A stretch of 46,859 bases of DNA, from the NCBI GenBank assembly GCA_019243475.1, contig JAFAUE010000442.1, positions 1 to 46,859 on the forward strand, given 5' to 3'. Under the pieces are notes generated by a model that searched no databases, had not been told where the DNA came from, and was given only the letters and a program-made list of their open reading frames with translations. Origin of the DNA: Acidobacteriota bacterium. GTDB taxonomy: Bacteria; Acidobacteriota; Terriglobia; Terriglobales; Acidobacteriaceae. How positions within the stretch are numbered: position 1 is the first letter of the stretch; each line of letters starts with the position of its first letter. The translations under genes were made by a program, and so were the position numbers. Shown in pieces: positions 1 through 8,341 of this stretch.

Positions 1-166
1 CGCCGTGAGCGTTTTTTATGAAGACGGATTTTCCAAACGCGAATTTAGGAGCGATGTTCGGCCCGAGCGTGCTTTGCGCCTGAACGCCACCAGCAAAGGC
101 AACCGCGAGGGCTGAACTGAGCACTGCAAGGATTGCAACCCGCATAAAATGCGCTTCGTGCTTCAT
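1..166 (-). CDS. N-terminal fragment of a secreted hypothetical protein (continues off the left edge)
   Basis: Absent from the ORF track because it is open-ended. Minus-strand ATG at 166-164 with GAGGTG ending 6 nt upstream. It reads MKHEAHFMRVAILAVLSSALAVAFAGGVQAQSTLGPN..., a signal-peptide-like N-terminus, with no stop down to position 1. Confidence 0.5.
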   Translation of the reverse strand, partial: MKHEAHFMRVAILAVLSSALAVAFAGGVQAQSTLGPNIAPKFAFGKSVFIKNAHG

Positions 167-313
167 CACCGGCACCTCGCTGCTGCGAATTGTATGTCAG
201 AGCGCAAGGAGGGAGCGCTATCATTTGCCGCGAATGCGCCTACTTCTGGAATGGCTTTAGCCTCACGCTCCAGCCACTCCGGTAGAATAGAAAGCAGCCA
301 GCTGCATGGCGAC

Positions 314-403
314 GGAGAGATGGCCGAGTGGCTGAAGGCGCACGCTTGGAAAGCGTGTATACCTTAACGGGTATCGTGGGTTCGAATCCCACTCTCTCCG
401 CCA
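314..403 (+). tRNA. tRNA-Ser, anticodon GGA, class II with long variable arm, CCA encoded
   Basis: Cloverleaf read by eye. Acceptor GGAGAGA/TCTCTCC. Anticodon stem CACGC/GCGTG with loop TTGGAAA (anticodon GGA). Variable arm ATACC...GGTAT. T-arm GTGGG-TTCGAAT-CCCAC. Discriminator G, then CCA at 401-403. Confidence 0.9.
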
Positions 404-496
404 GCTTTCGCCTGTCTTGCGAATTTCCGCAAATCCGAGAACATTCAGCCAGGCGCGCAGCCTCGAACAATCCTGCAGCACCGCTTTCGAGCCCTG

Positions 497-505
497 TGCT
501 ATACT
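497..505 (+). promoter_or_regulatory. Candidate extended -10 promoter element (TGcTATACT) for cspA, implying a leader of roughly 120 nt
   Basis: TG at 497-498, one nt, then TATACT at 500-505. No good -35 hexamer at 17 nt spacing. Long cspA leaders are known from E. coli. The transcription start is not demonstrable from sequence. Confidence 0.3.
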
Positions 506-631
506 AGTTTCACGTTCAATTCGACACGGACGTTTGAGCAAGTTCTCGCCTGAAGAAGCAGTTCCTGCCCTGAAGTAACTTCCGATCAAGTTCAACGTAA
601 AACATCAACAACGAAAGAAGTGTATCTATCA

Positions 632-832
632 ATGGAACAAGGAACAGTGAAGTGGTTTAACGATGCCAAAGGCTTTGGCTTCATTCAGCGCGAGAGCGGT
701 GAGGACGTTTTCGTTCATCACTCCGCCATTCAGGCCAACGGCTTCCGCAGCCTGGCCGAAGGTCAGCGTGTGGAGTTCAAGGTGACGAAGGGCCAAAAAG
801 GTCTGCAAGCCGAAGAAGTCCGCGCTCTCTAA
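632..832 (+). CDS. cspA: Cold-shock protein, CspA family
   Basis: [19 protein letters not shown] (RNP1-like KGFGFI) and VFVHHSAI (RNP2-like). About 66 aa. The ORF is open from 620, but the canonical family N-terminus matches the ATG at 632. Confidence 0.93.
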   Translation: MEQGTVKWFNDAKGFGFIQRESGEDVFVHHSAIQANGFRSLAEGQRVEFKVTKGQKGLQAEEVRAL

Positions 833-850
833 GCATCGAAACACACAAGC

Positions 851-878
851 GCCGGAGGCTTTGCCTCCGGCGGGTTTC
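851..878 (+). terminator. Intrinsic terminator-like hairpin after cspA
   Basis: GCCGGAGG (851-858) pairs with CCTCCGGC (864-871), followed by GGGTTTCT. Confidence 0.6.
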
Positions 879-898
879 TAACACCACAAAGGAGCGTT

Positions 899-1141
899 AT
901 GCGTTCCGAGCTTGTCTATCGCGCCAACGATAAGGTGCCGAACCGGTTTCAGCTTTGCCGGCTGGCATCTTCCTCGGCACGGAGCATGAATCGAAGCTCC
1001 GTTGGCATGCACCTAATCATTAATCAGGCCCTTGAGGCCATCAGCGGGCACTCTGCGCCGATTGTCGCGCAACCGCCCCTTGCGGTCGAAATGAAGGCTG
1101 CCGAAGTGATTCCGGTATTCATTCTCGACCCTGCAGTCTGA
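899..1141 (+). CDS. Small hypothetical protein with a weak RNA polymerase omega (RpoZ)-like N-terminal motif
   Basis: ATG 899 has AAGGAG 6 nt upstream. VPNRFQLCRLASSSARSM resembles the omega-subunit core pattern (NRF/Y-x-L...A..RAR). This is a motif-level resemblance only. Confidence 0.5.
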   Translation: MRSELVYRANDKVPNRFQLCRLASSSARSMNRSSVGMHLIINQALEAISGHSAPIVAQPPLAVEMKAAEVIPVFILDPAV

Positions 1142-1155
1142 AGAAAGAAGACTTT

Positions 1156-2388
1156 TTGATTCACAACTTTTCTGAGCTCCCCATTTCGAAGTATCTCGCG
1201 GAGCGACTCTTAGCAAACAACTTTCAAACCCCAACTCCAGTACAGAGCAGCGCAATTCCAGCAGCGCTCAGCGGCAGTGATCTGCTTGCCACGGCGCAGA
1301 CCGGAACCGGCAAGACGTTAGCGTTCCTGATTCCCCTGGCGGAACGGCTGCTGACGACGCCGGGAACCGGCGTGCGGGCTCTCGTCCTAGTTCCCACAAG
1401 GGAGCTGGCGATTCAAGTTCAACAGCAGTACGAGCAACTGCGCGGTAAGAAACTGCGTTCGGCGGCGCTCGCCATTGGTGGAGCATCCGAGCGGCAACAG
1501 ATTGCGGCATTACGCACGGCGAGTCTGGTAATCGCGACTCCCGGCCGATTAGAGGATTTTCTACGCAGGGGTCTGGTCAAGCTCAGCACAACTGAGGTCC
1601 TGGTACTCGACGAAGCCGACCGCATGCTCGACATGGGTTTTCTTCCTGCAATTCGCCGCATCGTGAGCGCCGTGCCCCGGCAGCGGCAAACACTGTGCTT
1701 TTCCGCCACGCTCGATCCGGCCGTGGCGCACATCGTGAGCGACTTCGTGCGGAACCCGCAGCGTATCGCGCTAGGCTCGACCTCGAAGCCGGCTGCGAGC
1801 GTGAAGCTGCAGGCATTCGAGGTGGCATCCAATCAGCGACTCTCTTTGCTTATACGTCTTCTGGATGGAGAGGACGGCCGATCTCTTATTTTTGTGCGCA
1901 CCAAGCGTGGAGCCGATCGGCTTACTCGCCAGCTACAGCAAAAAGGGTTTAGAGCCGGAATGCTTCACGGAGATCGTTCACAATCCCAACGCAATGCCGC
2001 GTTGGCCATGTTCCAGGACGGGACCGTGCCGATTCTCGTCGCGACCGATGTCGCTTCGCGCGGGATCCACGTGGACGACGTTGCCCACGTAATAAACTAC
2101 GATCTGCCCCAACTGGCTGAGGACCTGATTCATCGCGTGGGACGCACCGGCCGCATCGGTGCAGAAGGAATTGCATCGGTTTTTGTCACACATCAAGAGC
2201 GAGCAGAATTCCGAACCCTGGAACGTACCTTGGGATTGAAGATCGAGAAAGTGCTGGCAGGCGACGATCTTGCAGTTGAGGAGCGGTCGGGTCCGGTTAT
2301 CGTTCAGGGAGCGCCAGTACAAATGACGCCGAGTTCCAAAATGGTGCGACTTCCAGGAGAAGTGTTCCAGCGGTACGCCGCCGTCTAG
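1156..2388 (+). CDS. DEAD-box ATP-dependent RNA helicase (RhlE/CshA-like)
   Basis: Q-motif region FQTPTPVQ, motif I AQTGTGKT, motif II VLDEADRMLD, SAT, motif VI HRVGRTGR. TTG start as given in the track. Confidence 0.92.
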   Translation: MIHNFSELPISKYLAERLLANNFQTPTPVQSSAIPAALSGSDLLATAQTGTGKTLAFLIPLAERLLTTPGTGVRALVLVPTRELAIQVQQQYEQLRGKKLRSAALAIGGASERQQIAALRTASLVIATPGRLEDFLRRGLVKLSTTEVLVLDEADRMLDMGFLPAIRRIVSAVPRQRQTLCFSATLDPAVAHIVSDFVRNPQRIALGSTSKPAASVKLQAFEVASNQRLSLLIRLLDGEDGRSLIFVRTKRGADRLTRQLQQKGFRAGMLHGDRSQSQRNAALAMFQDGTVPILVATDVASRGIHVDDVAHVINYDLPQLAEDLIHRVGRTGRIGAEGIASVFVTHQERAEFRTLERTLGLKIEKVLAGDDLAVEERSGPVIVQGAPVQMTPSSKMVRLPGEVFQRYAAV

Positions 2389-2412
2389 CAAACAACCACG
2401 TGGGAGGTGTTT

Positions 2413-2610
2413 ATGCCGGTCAGTCAAACCTTTAAGAAGCGCGAACGGGAGCGCTCTCGCCGCGAACGGCAAGTGGAGAAGGCCAAGAAGAAAGCGGAGC
2501 GCAAACAGGAAGCCAAATCAAGCGATAACAGCGCGCCGGCCGGATTGAATCCGGCTGAGCTCTTCGATGAAAACGGCGAACCCCGGGAGCTGGACTTTCA
2601 CGACTTCTAA
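2413..2610 (+). CDS. Highly charged 65-aa hypothetical protein (K/R/E-rich N-terminus, acidic C-terminus)
   Basis: ATG 2413 lies 5 nt after GGAGG (2403-2407). Sequence KKRERERSRRERQVEKAKKKAERKQEAK...ELFDENGEPRELDFHDF. It sits 25 nt downstream of the helicase stop. No family recognised. Confidence 0.55.
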   Translation: MPVSQTFKKRERERSRRERQVEKAKKKAERKQEAKSSDNSAPAGLNPAELFDENGEPRELDFHDF

Positions 2611-2670
2611 GCCGTTGATCGGTATCCGACGTTGGTCGGCCGAAGGGACTTCCGGCCCAGGCCCTTCGTC

Positions 2671-3069
2671 CTATTTCAAATGCAGCGAGAAGTCTTTGCG
2701 TTCGTCATTGTCGACGTGGATGGTCAGCTCCGGCTTGGGCTGGCCCTTCGCGGTCTTGATATCCGCGGTGACCACATAATCAGCTTTGCCGGCGGGAACA
2801 CGCTGAGCGAACTCTCCCTCATGGTTTGAGAGTACTTCCCATTTAGGTTTCTTTTGATCGGCCCGTCGGATCGTGATCTTTACGCCATACAGGGGACGAT
2901 CGTCTTGACCGAAGATTGTTCCGAAAAGAAGGGCGTAGGGATCGTGAAGGTGGGATTTGGAATCGCTGGCTAGGGTCAGGCTCGATGCGGCCCACAAGAG
3001 CGCCAGGATCACCAACGCTCCCTGAAGGCGACGAGGGTTAGTAGTCACTTTCCTCTTCTTCCTCTTCAT
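2671..3069 (-). CDS. Small secreted protein with a carboxypeptidase-regulatory-like (CarboxypepD_reg) beta-sandwich domain
   Basis: Signal peptide RRLQGALVILALLWAASSLTLA, then FGTIFGQDDRPLYGVKITI...EGEFAQRVPAGKADYVVTA, typical of this fold. The start is uncertain: ATG 3069 or GTG 3048. Both overlap the end of the upstream gene. Confidence 0.65.
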   Translation of the reverse strand: MKRKKRKVTTNPRRLQGALVILALLWAASSLTLASDSKSHLHDPYALLFGTIFGQDDRPLYGVKITIRRADQKKPKWEVLSNHEGEFAQRVPAGKADYVVTADIKTAKGQPKPELTIHVDNDERKDFSLHLK

Positions 3070-3238
3070 CGTCGGCGTCGTCTTCGTCTTCTTCCTCCGA
3101 AACCTTGTTCAATTCCAGCGGATTCGTAGTCACAACTTCAAAATCCGTGCCGCATTCCGAACAGGAGACCACGTCTCCTTCCTCGACCTCTTCTTCATCG
3201 ATATCGAGGTCGGTGTCGCATTCGGGACAAAGGGTCAT
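3038..3238 (-). CDS. LysW-like zinc-ribbon protein with polyacidic C-terminal tail
   Basis: GGAGGAAAAC precedes ATG 3238. MTLCPECDTDLDIDEEEVEEGDVVSCSECGTDFEVVTTNPLEL matches the LysW/ArgW carrier-protein pattern (CPxC...GdvVxCxeCGxxfEVvxxnPLxL). The tail is EEEDEDDADDEEEEEESDY rather than the canonical EDWGE. Confidence 0.7.
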   Translation of the reverse strand: MTLCPECDTDLDIDEEEVEEGDVVSCSECGTDFEVVTTNPLELNKVSEEEDEDDADDEEEEEESDY

Positions 3239-3363
3239 GTTTTCCTCCGCGGGATTAAACCGCTTGGCGATATGAGTGCCGACTGGTGAGTGCCACTGCC
3301 GTAGTTTTAGAATCTATTGGTTTTCATCGTCAAGTTGCAACCAGCATAAGGAGCGCGTCCTCA

Positions 3364-4842
3364 TTGAAATTCTTTCCAGGCTGCACCTCCGCATTCGCCC
3401 TTCTGATGTTTTCAACTCTGCCCGGCGTTGCTCAACAGCCGCCGTCACAAAATCCGCTGGCCGTGAAAGTGACGGAGGTTGCCGTGGATTCCGCCAAGCC
3501 GGATCCGCAAGTCGCGCAGGCACTGAAGGAAATTTCTCCGGACCGAATTCGCGCAACCATCGAGAAGCTGGTTACCTTCAAGAACCGTAACACCCTTTCA
3601 TCAAACGATCAGGAGATGCTTGCCCAGGGACTCGGCGTGATTGCGACAGCCAAGTGGATTCAACAGGAATTCGAGAGTTACTCGCAGGCCTGCGGCGGTT
3701 GTCTGCAGGTGAAAACGGACTCCTTCGTGCAGCCTGTTGCGAATCGCGTGCCTACGCCGACTCCGTTGACCAACGTTTATGCCGTGCTGCAGGGCACTGA
3801 TCCGGAAAACGCCAAACGCATTTACCTGGTCACTGGACATTACGACTCGCGCAACTCCGACACCCTGAACACGAAAGATCCGGCGCCAGGAGCAAATGAC
3901 GACGGCAGCGGCACTGCGGTAAGCCTGGAATGCGCTCGCGTTCTGAGTAAGTACAAGTTTCCGGCTACGCTGATCTTTCTCACCGTAGCAGGCGAAGAGC
4001 AAGGGTTAGATGGCGCCAAGCACTTTGCCCAAATGGCGCGCGAACAAGGCTGGAACATCGAAGCCGTGCTCAACAACGACATTGTTGGCGGTAACACAAC
4101 GCCGGGCGACACTCAGCAGCGCAAAGACACGGTACGAATCTTCTCTGAAGGTATTCCGGCGTCGGCAAAGCCGGAGGACATCACGCGCATCCGCAACTCA
4201 GGCGGAGAGAACGATTCCACATCGCGGGAGCTGGCGCGCTACATCCGAGCTACCACCAAGGAATATCTGCCCGCAGGCTTTCAACCGACGCTGATCTTCC
4301 GGCGCGATCGCTTTCTTCGCGGTGGCGATCACACTGCATTTAACGAGGAGGGATTTGCGGCAGTCCGCTTTACCGAATATCGCGAAGACTATAACCACCA
4401 GCACCAGAATGTCCGGACGGAAAACGGCATCGAATATGGAGACCTGCCGAAGTTTGTGGATTACACCTACCTCGCAAATGTCGCGCGAGTGAACGCCGCT
4501 GTGCTGGCGTCTTTGGCTTCGGCGCCTGCGTCGCCCGCCAACCTGCGCATCGACACTCGGGGATTAACGAACAACACCACTCTGACGTGGGATGCCTCTC
4601 CTGGAGGACATGCGGTCGGATATGAGGTTCTCTGGCGTGATGGCGACCAGCCTTACTGGGAGCACGCGATGAATGCGCCCGCGGGTGCAACGTCGATCAC
4701 ATTGCCGATGTCAAAAGACAACGTCTTCTTTGCCGTGCGCGCTTCTGACGCAAATGGGCATGTGAGCTTGGCCGTGGTTCCGCGTCCGAGCGGTAGAATC
4801 GACGTACCGGGTCGGCCAGCAGCAACGCCTCCCGGCATGTGA
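3364..4842 (+). CDS. Secreted M28-family metallopeptidase with C-terminal fibronectin-III-like domain
   Basis: GHYDSRN, GANDDGSGTA and AGEEQGLDG zinc-ligand motifs of M28. C-terminal TLTWDASPGGHAVGYEVLWRD...FFAVRASDANG looks FN3-like. The ORF is open from 3286. TTG 3364 sits 10 nt after AAGGAG (3348-3353) and yields the signal peptide MKFFPGCTSAFALLMFSTLPGVAQQ. Confidence 0.85.
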   Translation: MKFFPGCTSAFALLMFSTLPGVAQQPPSQNPLAVKVTEVAVDSAKPDPQVAQALKEISPDRIRATIEKLVTFKNRNTLSSNDQEMLAQGLGVIATAKWIQQEFESYSQACGGCLQVKTDSFVQPVANRVPTPTPLTNVYAVLQGTDPENAKRIYLVTGHYDSRNSDTLNTKDPAPGANDDGSGTAVSLECARVLSKYKFPATLIFLTVAGEEQGLDGAKHFAQMAREQGWNIEAVLNNDIVGGNTTPGDTQQRKDTVRIFSEGIPASAKPEDITRIRNSGGENDSTSRELARYIRATTKEYLPAGFQPTLIFRRDRFLRGGDHTAFNEEGFAAVRFTEYREDYNHQHQNVRTENGIEYGDLPKFVDYTYLANVARVNAAVLASLASAPASPANLRIDTRGLTNNTTLTWDASPGGHAVGYEVLWRDGDQPYWEHAMNAPAGATSITLPMSKDNVFFAVRASDANGHVSLAVVPRPSGRIDVPGRPAATPPGM

Positions 4843-4845
4843 GCT

Positions 4846-5667
4846 ATGACACCTCGCCATCCTTCTTACGAAATGGGTCTCCCTCCATTCCGCGGCGCCG
4901 TGCGGCAGATCATTCTTATCAGTCTGGGTATATACGTCCTCCTGCTGCTCTTCCGGGGATTTCGGCCGGACCTTGCCAACGAAATCTATGTGCTGGGAAT
5001 GCTCGACCCGGCTGCGGTCCGTAACGGCTGGGTATGGCAGTTGATTACATATGCCTTCATTCACGCGGATCCGCTGAATTTCATCCTCGCCATGTTGGGC
5101 GTGTATTTTCTTGGCGCTGCGGTCGAAGAGCGAATCGGGAAATGGGGGTTCTATGGTCTGTATTTGGGAAGCACCATCATCGCTGGGATCGCCGGTACGA
5201 TTCTCTCGTTGACCAGAATTCCCCATGGAGGGCAGGCGTACAGCGCGGGCGCCGCGGCAGATGCCATTCTGATGGTGTTCTATCTGCAGAATCGCGGCGC
5301 TCCCATCATGATGTTTCCCCTGCCTATCCAGATTCCGGTGGGTTACATCGTCATCTTTAGCGGTGCGATCGAAACAGCATATCTCTTTTATTACGGCTTC
5401 CCATTGTTCTACTGGGTGCTGCTCTTCGGCCTGGGTTCCGGCTATATCTGGTACACGCTTTTTCTCCAGCGCGGGACTTCGATGGGAATGGCAGAGCGGA
5501 TCTACGGTGCGCGCAATGCCTACTATCGCTGGAAGCGGCGGCGCGCAGCGAAGAAGTTCCAGGTCTATATGCGCAAGCATGACCGCAATGTGTACTTCGA
5601 CGAATATGGAAATTACAAACCGCCTGACGATAAACGCGAAGACGGCAAAGGCGGCTGGGTGAATTGA
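4846..5667 (+). CDS. Rhomboid-family membrane protein, apparently missing the catalytic Ser/His (possible pseudoprotease)
   Basis: WVWQLITYAFIHADPLNFILAMLGVYFLGAAVEERIG matches the rhomboid L1/TM2 scaffold. About six predicted TM helices. The start is 4 nt after the M28 stop. See the finding for the catalytic-residue analysis. Confidence 0.8.
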   Translation: MTPRHPSYEMGLPPFRGAVRQIILISLGIYVLLLLFRGFRPDLANEIYVLGMLDPAAVRNGWVWQLITYAFIHADPLNFILAMLGVYFLGAAVEERIGKWGFYGLYLGSTIIAGIAGTILSLTRIPHGGQAYSAGAAADAILMVFYLQNRGAPIMMFPLPIQIPVGYIVIFSGAIETAYLFYYGFPLFYWVLLFGLGSGYIWYTLFLQRGTSMGMAERIYGARNAYYRWKRRRAAKKFQVYMRKHDRNVYFDEYGNYKPPDDKREDGKGGWVN

Positions 5668-5692
5668 CCGCTCGCTTACGGCATTCTGCAGC

Positions 5693-6535
5693 CTATTGCG
5701 GCATGCTGCTGAGTCCCCGATAGGTTGCCGCAAGCTGCTCCAGCGACAATGCTTCCGCGCGGACATCCGCGGAAATTTCTTGTCGGTTCAACTCCTCACG
5801 TAGTCTATCGCCGTAGGTCCCGCGCAGATTGTTGAATAGCGTCTTGCGTTTCTGGGCGAATGCGAGCTTACAAAACTGCAGGAACTCTTCCGCTTCTACG
5901 GCGAGTTGCTCCGCTCGTGGGTTCATTTTGAGACGGACTACGGTCGAATAGACCCGGGGCGGAGGAGAGAATGCCGAGGGGGGCAGGGTGAACAGGCGTT
6001 CTACATCAGCAAATAGACGTGTTGTTACCGTGAGTAATCCGTAGTCGCGGCTGCCCGGTTCTGCGGCCAGTCGATCGGCAACCTCCTTCTGTACCATCAG
6101 CACAGCCGTTTCAATCAATTCGTGCTGTTTCAGCAGATGAAGCACGATGTCTGACGTGATGTAGTACGGAATATTGCCTACTACCTTGACTCTGAGCGGC
6201 CCAATCTGTGCGCGCGACAGTAGTTCACGAATCGATACCTGCAAAAAATTTGCACGCACAATCTCGATGCTCTCTTTTCCTTCATAGGCGGCGCGAAGTT
6301 GTTGGGCGAGCATCTCATCGAGTTCTGTTGCGATCAGGAAGCCCGCGCGCTGGGCAAGCAGTTGGGTGAGAGCTCCCCGTCCAGCACCGATTTCGATCAC
6401 GGTCGAGCTGCTGATGTCTCCCGAAGCGTCAACAATCTTTCTTGCTGCGCCTGCGTCAACGAGGAAGTTCTGGCCCAGCGAAGCTTTGTGCGTTGTGCTT
6501 CCGCGGCGTGCGTTGACCGGCTTACGCGCGGACAT
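5693..6535 (-). CDS. rsmA: 16S rRNA (adenine1518/1519-N6)-dimethyltransferase
   Basis: SLGQNFLVD, SAM motif VIEIGAGRGALT, NIPYYITS. The family-consistent start is the ATG at 6535 (MSARKPVNARR...). The track ORF extends to 6658. Confidence 0.9.
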   Translation of the reverse strand: MSARKPVNARRGSTTHKASLGQNFLVDAGAARKIVDASGDISSSTVIEIGAGRGALTQLLAQRAGFLIATELDEMLAQQLRAAYEGKESIEIVRANFLQVSIRELLSRAQIGPLRVKVVGNIPYYITSDIVLHLLKQHELIETAVLMVQKEVADRLAAEPGSRDYGLLTVTTRLFADVERLFTLPPSAFSPPPRVYSTVVRLKMNPRAEQLAVEAEEFLQFCKLAFAQKRKTLFNNLRGTYGDRLREELNRQEISADVRAEALSLEQLAATYRGLSSMPQ

Positions 6536-6668
6536 TAGACTCGAAGTTTTGCCTGTAGCTGCCGATCGTGCTCTGAGCCACTGAGCAGGACAGCATGTCT
6601 GAAGGGTGCTGGCTCGCATGCAGGCAGCCAGCATTGCCGGAAAAAATTGAAGCGCCAAGGGACACTGG

Positions 6669-8123
6669 ATGCGAATTACCTTCGCCGCCTCGGAGGGCGT
6701 GCCATATTCGAAGACCGGCGGTCTCGCCGACGTTGTTGGCGCTCTTCCGAAAGCTGTAGCCTCTCTTGGGCATGAAGTGACCGTCTTTCTGCCGCGTTAT
6801 CGGCAGACCCGCCTGAAGCAGGATCGCGTCGCCGTCGCCAACCTCACGATTCCCATGCAGGACCACCTGCTCTTCTGCCAGATCATCGACGGCGACAAAC
6901 ACGACGGAGTGCAATTCTACTTTGTCGATCACCCGGAGTTCGGCCATCGCGAGGGGCTTTACGGTGACAGCCGCGGCGACTATGTCGACAATGCCGAGCG
7001 TTTCACAATGTTCTGCCGAGCGGTAATCGAATCGTCGAAACGGCTCGGCGTTCCTGACGTGTTTCACGTCCATGACTGGCAAACCTCCCTGATTCCGGTC
7101 CTGCTGCGCAACGCTTATGCTTCCGACGCAGATTTTTCCCGATGTGGGACGGTATTGACGATCCACAACATTGGCTATCAGGGACTTTTTCCCAACAGCG
7201 TGATGCCCAAGCTGCTTCTCCCGTGGTCGCTATTCACCATGGATCGCCTGGAGTTTTATGACAAAGTCAACTTCCTGAAAGGGGGCATCGTTTATGCGGA
7301 CTACATCACCACCGTCAGTCGCACATATGCGCAGGAAATTCAGACGTACGAATATGCCTTCGGACTCGCGGATACCATTCGCAAGCGACGCGATCGTATC
7401 GTAGGCATTGTGAACGGGGTTGATTATGGGGAGTGGGACCCGGCGACCGATCGCCATATCCCAGCAAACTTCTCGGCCACGGACCTGGCGGGGAAAGCTC
7501 GCTGCAAAGTAGCGCTTCTCAAAGAGTATGGAATTCCCGAAGACAAAGCCGATTGGCCGGTGGTGGGCATCATCTCCCGCTTTGCCGCACAAAAGGGTTT
7601 TGACCTTATGGAAGCAGCGCTTCCGCAGTTACTCGCGGAAGACATGGTTCTTGTAGTCCTTGGGACCGGGGAAAAACACTATGAGCAGATGTTTGGGAAA
7701 CTCCACTCACGATTTCCGGACCGCCTGTGCGTGAAGATCGCTTATGACAATCGACTGGCTCATATGGTTGAAGCAGGCGCCGACATCTTCCTCATGCCCT
7801 CTCACTACGAACCCTGCGGTCTAACGCAGATATACAGCATGCGCTATGGCACTGTGCCGGTCGTCAGAGCTACCGGCGGATTAGAAGACACCGTCGAGCA
7901 ATGGAATCCAGCCAGCGAAAAGGGAACAGGATTTAAGTTCGCAGGGTATCGCCCGCAGGAGCTGCGGACGGCGATGCGGCAGGCCATATCTACGTTCGAA
8001 GAGAAAGAACAATGGCGACAGCTCATGCTCAATGGCATGAAGCAAAACTTTTCCTGGAGCGCTCCCGCCCGAGAATATGCCGCGGTTTATGACAAGGCGC
8101 GAGCTCTACGCGTTTCTGCCTAA
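6669..8123 (+). CDS. glgA: Glycogen (starch) synthase, ADP-glucose type
   Basis: MRITFAASEGVPYSKTGGLADVVGALPKA N-terminus, C-terminal PSHYEPCGLTQIY and ATGGLEDTV. Confidence 0.92.
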   Translation: MRITFAASEGVPYSKTGGLADVVGALPKAVASLGHEVTVFLPRYRQTRLKQDRVAVANLTIPMQDHLLFCQIIDGDKHDGVQFYFVDHPEFGHREGLYGDSRGDYVDNAERFTMFCRAVIESSKRLGVPDVFHVHDWQTSLIPVLLRNAYASDADFSRCGTVLTIHNIGYQGLFPNSVMPKLLLPWSLFTMDRLEFYDKVNFLKGGIVYADYITTVSRTYAQEIQTYEYAFGLADTIRKRRDRIVGIVNGVDYGEWDPATDRHIPANFSATDLAGKARCKVALLKEYGIPEDKADWPVVGIISRFAAQKGFDLMEAALPQLLAEDMVLVVLGTGEKHYEQMFGKLHSRFPDRLCVKIAYDNRLAHMVEAGADIFLMPSHYEPCGLTQIYSMRYGTVPVVRATGGLEDTVEQWNPASEKGTGFKFAGYRPQELRTAMRQAISTFEEKEQWRQLMLNGMKQNFSWSAPAREYAAVYDKARALRVSA

Positions 8124-8175
8124 TAACTCTTTTTACAATAACCTCTCACTGTTACGTAGTGCGCTGGTATCCGCA

Positions 8176-8204
8176 TTGACTCATCCCCAGGCGTTTGTTA
8201 ATGT
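8176..8204 (+). promoter_or_regulatory. Candidate sigma70-type promoter upstream of the collagen-like gene
   Basis: TTGACT (8176-8181), a 17-nt spacer, then TAATGT (8199-8204). Sequence pattern only. Confidence 0.25.
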
Positions 8205-8341
8205 CTCACTACTTCTCAGTACCCCCAATAACTGAAGAATTAACTCGTCGCAGTTAGCACAGTACGCCACTTGAGGCGAGTTCGGTCCCCCATCTCAAAC
8301 TGAAGTCTCTCCGTACTTCTCATACCTCGCGGGAGGTCAAA

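Noticed and set aside
314-403. tRNA-Ser as the attachment site of a genomic island.
   Set aside because: There is no integrase next to it. I found no direct repeat of the tRNA 3' end elsewhere in the window. The flanking genes are housekeeping.
4711-5766. Long antisense or shadow ORFs in the track: 4711-5766(-), 12988-13788(-), 19397-20605(+), 21549-22400(+), 23155-24051(-), 41261-42088(+), 6522-7166(-), 1978-2472(-).
   Set aside because: Each lies opposite a gene with unmistakable family motifs (rhomboid, esterase, tkt, DinB/VOC, GH140-like, IDH, glgA, DEAD helicase). Their translations are Arg/Ala/Gly-rich and low-complexity, as expected for shadow frames in GC-rich DNA.
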